Source: Microgenomates group bacterium Gr01-1014_5 (GTDB lineage Bacteria; Patescibacteriota; Microgenomatia; UBA8517; UBA10165). From it: 64,000 nt of DNA. Made by a program: the position numbers and the translations under genes. Every line of letters begins with the position of its first letter. The stretch's first letter is position 1. The notes under the pieces are model-generated. The model saw nothing but the letters and a program-made list of their open reading frames with translations, had not been told where the DNA came from and made no database searches. Location: NCBI GenBank assembly GCA_007376395.1, contig VMGE01000002.1, forward strand, positions 77,118-141,117, given 5' to 3'. Shown here piece after piece: positions 19,077-27,825 of the stretch.

Positions 19077-19829
19077 ATGGCTGATTTTTATGACAAAGTT
19101 GCTAAAAAATTTGGAGGGTATGCATATGGCACCAATAAAGTTAAATATACTTCTGAATATCCGGACGGCGCCCCGGAAGAAATTTTCAAAGAGAAACTCT
19201 TGGAACTGGCAAACCCCAGTTTAGTCGCTTTGGATATAGGCTGTGGTGATGGGAAGTTTGCTTTTGAGATATCGAATTACTTTTCTTTCATACACGGCAT
19301 AGATACGTCACGTGAGCTGTTGAGTGTCGCAGAGTCGAAAAAGAAAACTCTTGGCGTTGCCAATGTTGATTTCAAACTAGAAGACGCGAGTAAAACTTCT
19401 TTTCCGGACAACTCTTTTGACATTGCTTATTGCCGGCGCGGACCAAGTTTTTACAAAGAGTATTACCGGTTACTAAAAAAGGGCGGTTGTTATTTGGAAA
19501 TCGGAATAGGAGAAAGAGATTGTGTTGATCTTAAAAAAGTATTTGGAAGAGGACAAGGATATGGAACTTGGAATGAGTCACGTCTGGACAAAGATAAAAA
19601 TGAATTTACTAGAATAGGTTTTAAGATTATTTTTGCAAAAGCTTTCAGCTACTCTGAATTTTACGATTCTCTTGGTGAGTTGGATAAATTTCTACAGGGC
19701 GTACCGATCTTTGAAGACTTTGACTCCGACCAAGACAGGGATTACTTGGAAACTTACTGCAAGAAGTTCGAAACCCCTAAGGGCGTCCTTTTACCAAGAC
19801 AAAGAGTAGTGTACATGGTTCAAAAGTGA
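19077..19829 (+). CDS. class I SAM-dependent methyltransferase
   Basis: Motif I VALDIGCGDGKFA, motif post-I and acidic residue pattern of Methyltransf_11/25-type enzymes. Confidence 0.75.
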   Translation: MADFYDKVAKKFGGYAYGTNKVKYTSEYPDGAPEEIFKEKLLELANPSLVALDIGCGDGKFAFEISNYFSFIHGIDTSRELLSVAESKKKTLGVANVDFKLEDASKTSFPDNSFDIAYCRRGPSFYKEYYRLLKKGGCYLEIGIGERDCVDLKKVFGRGQGYGTWNESRLDKDKNEFTRIGFKIIFAKAFSYSEFYDSLGELDKFLQGVPIFEDFDSDQDRDYLETYCKKFETPKGVLLPRQRVVYMVQK

Positions 19830-19889
19830 TTGCTTATTCTACTTCAAAATACTGAGGTAGATTTTGATTCCTTTGGATTCTTGATCTAA

Positions 19890-20567
19890 CTAAGAACCTT
19901 GAGATACATAGTGCGAAACCTTATATCTATGAATTCTGGGATGTTCAAAAGCTTTAGCTAAAGCTGCAGCAATAATTTGTTCTCTGTCTCGTGTTCTCCA
20001 TTCATTTAATCTTTTAGTGGTTGACGCTAGAAAACCTCCATGAAATATAAAAGTCCCGTCAGGACAACTCTCTGCTGCGATATATTTATAAGAATCTTCA
20101 GTGGAATAACTCCCGTATACTGATTTTTGACCTCTTGATACAACATCCCAATGAACTATGTCAAGCACACTCTCTGGATCTCTTTGCTGTAAGTCAACTT
20201 CATCTATCCCCCTACTATAACTATCCTGAAAGGAATCATTAATTCTTACAACAGGCGGACGTGGTAATCCGCGAGTTCCTCTTCCTACATATTCCGTATA
20301 ACTTTCCGTGAACCCGTCATTATCACGGGAACGAACAACTGGAATGGTTGGAATTTCAAGAAATGCAATCAATTCATCTATTGCCAACCCAACACCACTC
20401 TCTTGACGGAACTTCTCGGCTTGTTTTCTTCGTTGCGCACATCGCTCGTTCTCTCGGTTTGCATTCTGAAGCCATTTCACTTCCCGAGCCGCTTGCCCAG
20501 CTCTTAATTGTGCTTCTCGTTGTTCTTTATTAGCCTCTTTTTGTCTTATTTCTTCTATAAATCCCAT
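19890..20567 (-). CDS. hypothetical protein
   Basis: 225-aa ORF, charged N-terminus, no recognisable domain. Confidence 0.4.
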   Translation of the reverse strand: MGFIEEIRQKEANKEQREAQLRAGQAAREVKWLQNANRENERCAQRRKQAEKFRQESGVGLAIDELIAFLEIPTIPVVRSRDNDGFTESYTEYVGRGTRGLPRPPVVRINDSFQDSYSRGIDEVDLQQRDPESVLDIVHWDVVSRGQKSVYGSYSTEDSYKYIAAESCPDGTFIFHGGFLASTTKRLNEWRTRDREQIIAAALAKAFEHPRIHRYKVSHYVSQGS

Positions 20568-20664
20568 AATAGGCGTATTTTAGCACAATTGACTCTAGAT
20601 TCAATAAAAGGGTTGCACCCTTCATTTTGACAAGGGTCTGGATTGTGATTATCTGTGGCACATC

Positions 20665-20698
20665 TAGCCTTACCAGGTGAGACCTTGGAGGTGTAAAC
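20665..20698. repeat. direct repeat B copy 2
   Basis: TAGCCTTACCAGGTGAGACC + T + TGGAGGTGTAAAC, immediately upstream of the 20699 ORF. Confidence 0.7.
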
Positions 20699-21268
20699 TT
20701 GTCAAAAATTGCAGGTTTTTTACAAAAGAGTATACTCGGACAAATGCCACGACCGGGGCTTGAGAGAAAATCTGAAATTATCTCTTTTTTAACTAGATAT
20801 CCCAACTTAAAAGTTGAGAGACGTCTTTCGGGAACTATTATAATTTCTAGCGGCTTTCCTCATCGCCAACACCAGAGCACTGAAAGAAAACTCTGGATTA
20901 CACAAAAACCCAACACAAACGGCTCGCCTGTGGTTGAAGTCTGTTTCTGTGGGTTTGGTGAAAACAGAAGGGCAGGCCAAAAACCTGCCCGTATTCAGTT
21001 TATAAAACTGGATTCTAATAATACAGAAGTTAGGTTTATGCGTACTAAAAATTCTGACGTTTTAGACGTTTTAGATATGGCAAATAGAGGGCTGGCAATA
21101 CTTAACTCTCACAGAATGCACTCTTTATCAGCTTATCAACCATTTGCCCTAGATAATCAAACAGGGGAAGCTCCTGACCAGATACAGCTAATAGATATGA
21201 CAGAAACTATAAACGCCGAGTGGTTTGTTCCTGCAAAGGGAAAAGCTCCGGTTAGAGATACTTCCTAA
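20699..21268 (+). CDS. hypothetical protein (TTG start in track; ATG at 20744 possible)
   Basis: 189-aa ORF, no recognisable domain. Confidence 0.35.
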   Translation: MSKIAGFLQKSILGQMPRPGLERKSEIISFLTRYPNLKVERRLSGTIIISSGFPHRQHQSTERKLWITQKPNTNGSPVVEVCFCGFGENRRAGQKPARIQFIKLDSNNTEVRFMRTKNSDVLDVLDMANRGLAILNSHRMHSLSAYQPFALDNQTGEAPDQIQLIDMTETINAEWFVPAKGKAPVRDTS

Positions 21269-22259
21269 TATTTTCGTTATGTTTGTCGATTGTTTCCCCA
21301 TAGCGGATTTTGCCGTCTTTGCCGTGGAGATAGAAAAGATAGTCTGAATCGGCTGGGTAGACTACTGCTTTAATTGCCGAAAAACCTGGACTGGCAATTG
21401 GATATGGCGGTAAACCTTGGTTTAAGTAGGTATTGTAAGGAGAATTCAGTTTTTTGTCCTCGATAAAAGGAGGTTTCCACCAATCACAGTCTGCCAAGGA
21501 TACTTTCTTTGCACAACGATTGTTGCCGGTAATATATTGCAGTGTTGCGTCAACTTGCAGAGGCATTCCGATTTCGAGCCTTTTTAAGAGTATTCCTGCT
21601 ACGACAGGTCGTTCTTCGTTGGTATTTGTCTCCCGCTCAACAACTGAGGCTAAAACAAGCACTTCTTGGAGCGTTCTCCCGCGCCTCTCAAGCTCTTTTT
21701 CCATTTCATCTGTGATTTTTTCGTCTAAAGTCGAGCGTAATTTTTTGGCTACTTTTTCCGCTTTGACGTCTCGCGGGAAAAGATAGGTATCCGGGAAAAG
21801 ATAACCTTCTTCACCACTCGTGGCTTGTAAAAATTCCCGGTAAAAAGTTTCTTGTTCTTGCTCTTTAATTTCTAAAGCTTTGATTGTTTTTAGGGCTATT
21901 TCTTCCCGCCGCAAACCTTCAGGGTAGGTAACCCAAAGCTCGGCAGGGCCTTTCAAAAGAGTCGTCACCATTCGTTGTAGTGATAAGTTAGGGGCAAGCC
22001 TATAATCTCCTGCCTTAATATCCGTCTGATAACCTTTGACCTGGACATAAAATCTGAAAGCGAAATCGTTCTTGATTAAGCCTTCTTTCTCTAGCCGTTT
22101 AGCAATTTTTTGCAAAGGCTCGCCGCGGGTGATTAAAAATTCGTGCGTCGAAGAATCGCGCGTGTCTCTTGGCTCGCTCGCACTTTTCCACCAAAGTAGG
22201 GCGCCTACAAAGACAATAGTTATAATAATAAATGGGGGGAGGAGAATCAGTTTCTTCAT
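21252..22259 (-). CDS. mltG: endolytic murein transglycosylase MltG/YceG
   Basis: N-terminal TM, YLFPDTY and ERETN-type YceG motifs. The start is set at MKKLILLPP; the longer track ORF would overlap the upstream Zn-ribbon ORF. Confidence 0.85.
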   Translation of the reverse strand: MKKLILLPPFIIITIVFVGALLWWKSASEPRDTRDSSTHEFLITRGEPLQKIAKRLEKEGLIKNDFAFRFYVQVKGYQTDIKAGDYRLAPNLSLQRMVTTLLKGPAELWVTYPEGLRREEIALKTIKALEIKEQEQETFYREFLQATSGEEGYLFPDTYLFPRDVKAEKVAKKLRSTLDEKITDEMEKELERRGRTLQEVLVLASVVERETNTNEERPVVAGILLKRLEIGMPLQVDATLQYITGNNRCAKKVSLADCDWWKPPFIEDKKLNSPYNTYLNQGLPPYPIASPGFSAIKAVVYPADSDYLFYLHGKDGKIRYGETIDKHNENIRKYL

Positions 22260-22299
22260 TTTCGAACGCAGAGAGAAAACAAGCTTGCTTATGGGTTTC

Positions 22300-22458
22300 T
22301 CAAACCTCCTCAAGAAGCGCGCGTCGCCATTTACCGTTTTTCTCATTGACAAAGATGCGCCCACAACTACAAATTACTTTATGGCTACCATCGCGTCTTT
22401 TTGTACTTTTACCTTCAGTCAAATCTCTTCCACAACCAACACAACGACCCTGAGCCAT
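22300..22458 (-). CDS. small zinc-ribbon protein (CxxC...CxC)
   Basis: CVGCG...CSCG four-Cys pattern; sits between ruvX and mltG. Confidence 0.35.
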   Translation of the reverse strand: MAQGRCVGCGRDLTEGKSTKRRDGSHKVICSCGRIFVNEKNGKWRRALLEEV

Positions 22459-22489
22459 AAGCCATGCTTGGACTGGAGCGATTACATTT

Positions 22490-22891
22490 TTAAATACCCT
22501 CGGGACTCTCCGTGCCATCTAAATAAGATTGTAGCATAACAGCCGCGGCATATGCATCTTCTAACTCATGCCGTTTTTTAGGCCCTCTGCCTGACTGGAT
22601 TGCCAGCAATTGCGCGTCTTGCGTGGACAACCCTTCGTCCCAAGTCTTAACAGGAAGAGAAAGAGTAAGAGCTAGAGATTCTGCAAACTTTTTTTGTTCT
22701 TCCCCCATTGACCCTTCGGAAACTCCGACCACAACAGTATCGGGCTTCTCTTTCTCTATCTCTGTCCCTATCTTTCTTATAGCATCTTGCCAAGAGTTAA
22801 CTTGCACTACTTTCCAAGGTTCAGCCAAACCTCCTTCGGCCCTGGCTAAACCAATCTTTGCTCTACCGTAATCGACTCCAAGTAATCTCAT
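22490..22891 (-). CDS. ruvX: Holliday-junction-resolvase-like RNase RuvX/YqgF
   Basis: LGVDYGxxxIGLA N-terminal motif, 133 aa. Confidence 0.85.
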   Translation of the reverse strand: MRLLGVDYGRAKIGLARAEGGLAEPWKVVQVNSWQDAIRKIGTEIEKEKPDTVVVGVSEGSMGEEQKKFAESLALTLSLPVKTWDEGLSTQDAQLLAIQSGRGPKKRHELEDAYAAAVMLQSYLDGTESPEGI

Positions 22892-23547
22892 GTCTTTGGT
22901 ACAATTCGCGCCTTAACCACTAAACGTTTGATATAAGTTCCCGGGGGAACGCAGGTTACCAGCGTTAAGTACGAATCGTCATATCTTTGCTCTAATACTT
23001 GAATGTCGGTTGGCTTTACTTCAAACATTTGTTCAACCCGGAAAGTATATTTGATCCCGTCATACTCTACAAACACGTCATCACCCTTTTTAAGAGAGGG
23101 GAGTTTTGTAAAGATCGTTAAATAGTTTGTCGGGGAAAAAAATTGCGGCAGGGAAGAGTGGCCAAAAATAACCGCGTTGCCCTGCTGACCGGGCAAAGAG
23201 GTTCCGGAATAGTGGATAAGGGATTTAGAGAGGTCTTCTCCGCCAATCTCAACAGTTGCGTCTTTTATTCCAAGTCTGGGAATTGAAAGGTTGTAGTACT
23301 TAACTTTTGAGGAAACTATTGGTAAATCAGGCTGTCCGATAAACCAATTTGAGGCGCGGGTGAGATTGTAAGTCTCGGTTGCAAGTCCGCGAACTTCGGG
23401 CTTGGGTACTGGAGATAAAAGTTCGCCGGAAAACTGGGAAAGTGAAAAAATCTCGTACTGGACAATTGGAACGCTGGCATTAAGCACTAAAAATAAACCA
23501 AAGAAAACAAAACTTAAAGCTAGGTATCGTGATATGTTTTTTTTCAC
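22888..23547 (-). CDS. sortase-family transpeptidase
   Basis: N-terminal TM anchor, catalytic TLVTCVPPGT (TLxTC) motif and conserved His (IFGHSS). Confidence 0.8.
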   Translation of the reverse strand: MKKNISRYLALSFVFFGLFLVLNASVPIVQYEIFSLSQFSGELLSPVPKPEVRGLATETYNLTRASNWFIGQPDLPIVSSKVKYYNLSIPRLGIKDATVEIGGEDLSKSLIHYSGTSLPGQQGNAVIFGHSSLPQFFSPTNYLTIFTKLPSLKKGDDVFVEYDGIKYTFRVEQMFEVKPTDIQVLEQRYDDSYLTLVTCVPPGTYIKRLVVKARIVPKT

Positions 23548-25823
23548 TGATCGCTTGCTACTTCGACAATAATGTTCTTGGCAATTCTGGGAAGAGTTCT
23601 AATGCTGTCGGGGAACTTGAAAGAGTAAAAAAATTTAGTATGCAGATAACCCGGAGTAGTCGCCAAAGACTCGCGCGCAGATCCTTCGCTTTTGCCGGAA
23701 ATTGCACGGGCAATCTTATCCGAATCGATTTTAGGTAAAAGGTTGGCTACTATCTGTACCTCGAGATCAACAGGGTTGTTTGGGTCAATTTTAGTTTCTG
23801 CTACGGGTGGGGTGGCCGCCTGTTTCTGGGTTGTTTTCGGAACTTTAGTCTTTGGCTGAACCTTTACTACCGTATAAGTAACGTTAATTTGGTCCGCTTT
23901 TAAAGCATATCCCTGGGATACATCTTTTTCTAAGTCTGACATGACAAGCACATTGACTGCATCTTGGGAAACGACCATGACTGCGGCTCGGCCTGCAAGT
24001 GCCAGTTTTAAGGTACTTGTCTCGTCGCCTGCTTTATGACTAAATTCTCGGGTATCGGCAATAAGTGTCGCCGAGTCTTGGATTATTACTTCACGCTCCG
24101 TGAGTGAGCTTTTCAAATCTTCCAAACCGCGGGTTAAAAGTTCGACCGTCAACTCTTTTTCTAAATTCAAACGGTCTTCTTCTGAGACCGCAGAAACAGA
24201 ACGGCTTGTACCCCCTGAAAAAGCGTTGTCGTTTTGCGCTTCAAAACTGTCTTTAGAAAAAGAACCTACCGAGAATTTGGAGAGAGAAGCTAAATTATAC
24301 TGTGCGCCAATATCCGCCGCAGAAATTGCCGCCTGTGTTTTTGAAGGAGTAAAAACACCCGAACCTGAGGCGACTGTCGTATCGTTATCGAGCGTAAACT
24401 TTAAGCCATTAGGACCGGTAAGGATAGTCCCGGTTTTAAGAAGAGCCGAGCCGCCAACATGCCCAATTGTTATTTGACCTTTTGCCCGATCGCCAACAAT
24501 CCTCTCGCCTGTGGTAGAGGCTGTTTTGTCTCCAGTGACTTTTGCGTCTTTTGTTACTCCGGGAACAACCTTATCGGCTTGATTAACAACCGTTAATTTG
24601 GGGTCAACTGTTAATTTGAGGGTTTTTTCCAACTTTTTAGGAGCTACAATAATGGTTACTTTACTTGTTGGATAATACCAATAAAATAACCCTCCGATAA
24701 GCAAAAGCAGGACAAATCCAATACTAAAAACAGAGAGCATACCAGCACTGCGCAACCCAAAATTAGGAATTCTAATACTTGAAAAAATAGAAGAGAGGGC
24801 GGAAAACAAAGACCCAACTTTAGCCCTTTCAGGCAGAGAAGGTTCTCCTGTCGCATAATCAACAACAGCACTGCGTACTGGGGTAATCTCCTGAAGTTGG
24901 GTTTCTTGAACCGGAACAACTTCCTGTTCTGCTACGTCTCTGTCGCGTACAAACCCAATTTCTTCGGCAGATACTTCAGTTTTTACTTCATCTTCCGGCT
25001 CTCTAATCTCCTGTGTTTCTTCTGGTTCGTCCAAATCCTGACTACTATCGGGTAAGACTACACTTTTTGCTTCTCCAACCTCTGCGCCCCCTGCCAAAGA
25101 GACTGCGGTTACGGCAACATCTTCTGCTAGTATTTCTACTTTAGGAGTGTGTAAAAAGGGAACTTTAACACTCTCCCAGTTAGTGTCTAAAATGTTTTGG
25201 CGCGCGTCTTCTAAGTTCCCCACTTTGTGGTTATAAAGAAGAATACGGGATGGATATTGAGAAACCGAAGGCAAACGCGACAAACCTTCGGCAATGTCGG
25301 ATCCTAAAGAAATACTTTGTGCAACCTCAACCGTACCCAAACCCCGGCCGTTTTGCACTAAAGTCACGTCAATAGCGTCTTCTGCTAAACCAACCAAAAT
25401 TGCGTTTAGAGGCGCGCCTTCTTTCGATTTAAGATAGTGAGTAATTGCCTCGGGAATTACTACAAATCCGGCAGGAGTTAACTCAAGTTCGTTGGAGAGT
25501 TTTTTTAATATCCCCAACCGCTCTTGGACAATTGTTCCTTCTTGAATCCAAGAAGGAGAAAGACCAAAAACAACTTTGTTTGGTTCTGAAACGTCATCGC
25601 CAATTGCTGCCGCAGCAGCCGATAACGATCCGTCCGCCGCCTCGAGGAGCGACTCGTCGTTTCCGTCTTGCCAGTTGGCAGTACTGCCCTCTGAGACAAC
25701 TTCTGTTGCCTCGCCAACTACACGCCAAATAGCAGCCTGAACCCAAGTTTTGCCGATAACTAAACTCCAAAAATGTTCAGGTCCGTTTCCTTCTTGTTTT
25801 TTGAAAAAATTTCCTAATGCCAT
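23544..25823 (-). CDS. bitopic membrane protein: cytoplasmic actin-like (FtsA/PilM-like) ATPase domain - TM helix - ~360-aa extracellular domain
   Basis: N-terminus has LVIGKTWVQAAIWRV and DVTLVQNGRGLGTVEVAQSISLGSDIAEGL, resembling FtsA/PilM phosphate/adenosine motifs; TM at LSVFSIGFVLLLLIGGLFYWYY; 4-bp overlap with the sortase gene. Confidence 0.5.
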   Translation of the reverse strand: MALGNFFKKQEGNGPEHFWSLVIGKTWVQAAIWRVVGEATEVVSEGSTANWQDGNDESLLEAADGSLSAAAAAIGDDVSEPNKVVFGLSPSWIQEGTIVQERLGILKKLSNELELTPAGFVVIPEAITHYLKSKEGAPLNAILVGLAEDAIDVTLVQNGRGLGTVEVAQSISLGSDIAEGLSRLPSVSQYPSRILLYNHKVGNLEDARQNILDTNWESVKVPFLHTPKVEILAEDVAVTAVSLAGGAEVGEAKSVVLPDSSQDLDEPEETQEIREPEDEVKTEVSAEEIGFVRDRDVAEQEVVPVQETQLQEITPVRSAVVDYATGEPSLPERAKVGSLFSALSSIFSSIRIPNFGLRSAGMLSVFSIGFVLLLLIGGLFYWYYPTSKVTIIVAPKKLEKTLKLTVDPKLTVVNQADKVVPGVTKDAKVTGDKTASTTGERIVGDRAKGQITIGHVGGSALLKTGTILTGPNGLKFTLDNDTTVASGSGVFTPSKTQAAISAADIGAQYNLASLSKFSVGSFSKDSFEAQNDNAFSGGTSRSVSAVSEEDRLNLEKELTVELLTRGLEDLKSSLTEREVIIQDSATLIADTREFSHKAGDETSTLKLALAGRAAVMVVSQDAVNVLVMSDLEKDVSQGYALKADQINVTYTVVKVQPKTKVPKTTQKQAATPPVAETKIDPNNPVDLEVQIVANLLPKIDSDKIARAISGKSEGSARESLATTPGYLHTKFFYSFKFPDSIRTLPRIAKNIIVEVASDQ

Positions 25824-25902
25824 GGCAGAAATTTAATCATTTGAACATTTATCATTTAAATGTAAAAAATGAACAAATGCAAAAATGAGACAATGCGCAG
25901 AG

Positions 25903-27723
25903 TTAGGCTATTTTTATATATATCCTTCTGACACCCATACCCGCACTTTCTTCTTTGGTTATTGTAACACGCCCGATTTCGCCTGTATGCCCAACATGAG
26001 GCCCACCGCATAATTCTTTAGAGAACCATTCGCCGCCAGGATTACCGATCGTATAAACCAAAACTTCGTCTGGATATTTTTCTTTAAAAAACGCCAGCGT
26101 ACCCTCGGCTAAAGCTTTATCTTTGGATATTACTTCTCTGGTTACTAAAAGATCTTCTACGATCTTTTGATTAACTAATTCACTAATTAACTCAATCTCT
26201 TGGCTCGATAGAGCCTTTGGGTTAGAAAAATCAAAACGCAGACGTTCACTTGTGATATTTGAACCCATTTGATGAACATGGTCACCCAAAACATGCCTTA
26301 AAGCGGCTTGCAATAAATGGGTTGCCGTGTGGTATTTAGTCTCTGTCTCACCCGTGGTCGCGAGTCCCCCTTTAAACATTCCGACAGAAGCTGTCCGGGA
26401 TTTTTCCTGGTGTTCAACCATTGCTTGCTCTAATTCTTTCTCGTCAAATTTAATTCCCAACTCCTCAACGATGTCTTGCGCCAAATCGGGTGGAACCCCG
26501 TATGACTGGTAGTTCTCGAATACGTATTTTCCAGAAGCAATTCCAGGTTTACTTAAAATTGGTACTCTGTCGGTTCCTATTTTTTTGATAAGTTGGTACT
26601 CTATCGCCGCTTGTAAATCCTGTTTATATAACTCCAGGTCATTAATTGGCTCTTCAAATTTTTTCTCTTCTTCTCCTAATACTTTTAATATGTGTTCGGA
26701 ATTTGCTTTAAGTTCCGGGTAAATTGGAGAGTAATTATCAATCACACTCTCGGCAATCTTTAAAACCGTTTGCGACTCGGCCTCAAGTTTATGTAAAAAG
26801 CGTAAAGCGCGTCTAACAAGCCTTCTTAAAACATATCCTCTGGCCATATTCGACGGCTCCACACTGTCAGAAATAATAAAAACAGAGGCCCTGATGTGGT
26901 CTGCAATTCTTCTTAATGGTTTAATATTTTCCTCGTATTTTTTACCGGTAACCTCTTCTATTTTATTAATAATTGGCAAAAATAGATCTGATTTGTAATT
27001 GTCATTGAGGCCATTTAATACAGCGATTGTTCTTTCGAGTCCCATTCCTGTATCCACATTTTTCTTGGGAAGTTCTTCTAAAGTTCCGTCGTCGCGGCGG
27101 TTGTAAACCATAAAAACGTTGTTCCAAATTTCAAAGTAGCGGCCGCAATTATCACCTGGACGGCAATCAGGGGAGCAGGGTTTACCGGTTACGTCATAGA
27201 AGATTTCCGTGTCAGGTCCACACGGCCCCGTGGCACCGGCTGCCCACCAGTTATCTTCTTTTCCAAAGTAATAAATTCGCGCCGCTGGAATCCCGACGCT
27301 TTTCCAAAGTTCTGCCGCTTCTTCGTCGCGCGGTGCATCACCGTCTCCGGCAAAAACCGATACCGAAAGCTTGTCTGGAGAAATATCCAACTCGCGCGTT
27401 AAAAATTCGAAACTCCAAGGAATAGATTCTTGTTTGAAATAATCACCAAGTGACCAATTGCCCAACATTTCAAAGAAGGTATGGTGGAAAGTATCGCCAA
27501 CTTCGTCAATATCTCCGGTTCGAATGCACTTTTGGACATTCACTAGGCGTGTTCCGGCAGAATGTTGTTGTCCCAAAAGATAAGGTACAAGAGGCTGCAT
27601 ACCCGCAGAAACAAAGAGAGTAGAGGGGTCGTTCTCGAGAACCAAAGAAGCTGAAGGAATAATTTTATGCCCCTTTTTCTCAAAAAACTTTAGATATTTC
27701 TCGCGTAAATCTGCCGAAGTCAT
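25903..27723 (-). CDS. alaS: alanine--tRNA ligase (short form, 606 aa, lacks C-terminal domains)
   Basis: Class II catalytic core and editing-domain HxxxH motif (HTATHLL) present; ends before the usual C-terminal domain. Confidence 0.9.
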   Translation of the reverse strand: MTSADLREKYLKFFEKKGHKIIPSASLVLENDPSTLFVSAGMQPLVPYLLGQQHSAGTRLVNVQKCIRTGDIDEVGDTFHHTFFEMLGNWSLGDYFKQESIPWSFEFLTRELDISPDKLSVSVFAGDGDAPRDEEAAELWKSVGIPAARIYYFGKEDNWWAAGATGPCGPDTEIFYDVTGKPCSPDCRPGDNCGRYFEIWNNVFMVYNRRDDGTLEELPKKNVDTGMGLERTIAVLNGLNDNYKSDLFLPIINKIEEVTGKKYEENIKPLRRIADHIRASVFIISDSVEPSNMARGYVLRRLVRRALRFLHKLEAESQTVLKIAESVIDNYSPIYPELKANSEHILKVLGEEEKKFEEPINDLELYKQDLQAAIEYQLIKKIGTDRVPILSKPGIASGKYVFENYQSYGVPPDLAQDIVEELGIKFDEKELEQAMVEHQEKSRTASVGMFKGGLATTGETETKYHTATHLLQAALRHVLGDHVHQMGSNITSERLRFDFSNPKALSSQEIELISELVNQKIVEDLLVTREVISKDKALAEGTLAFFKEKYPDEVLVYTIGNPGGEWFSKELCGGPHVGHTGEIGRVTITKEESAGMGVRRIYIKIA

Positions 27724-27731
27724 ACGAGGCT

Positions 27732-27740
27732 ATTGTAACA
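27732..27740 (-). promoter_or_regulatory. extended -10 (TGtTACAAT) 8 nt upstream of the alaS ATG: leaderless-type promoter
   Basis: Minus-strand TGTTACAAT-agcctcgt-ATG. Confidence 0.4.
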
Positions 27741-27793
27741 GACGGCGCGTGTTGTTAAAAGAATTTCAAACGCGAGGTGCCAATGCCAACCAG

Positions 27794-27825
27794 AATTATA
27801 CACTCCTATGTATGAGTGTATAATT
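27794..27825. repeat. 12-bp-arm perfect inverted repeat (AATTATACACTC / GAGTGTATAATT, 8-nt loop) abutting the ABC exporter stop codon
   Basis: Read directly from the sequence; no U-tract follows on either strand, so it is a hairpin or protein-binding site rather than a canonical terminator. Confidence 0.5.

Noticed and set aside
21252-22364. Extended 370-aa version of mltG starting at 22364
   Set aside because: The extension overlaps the zinc-ribbon ORF in another frame and precedes the natural MKKLILLPP signal-anchor start, so the shorter 22259 start was preferred.
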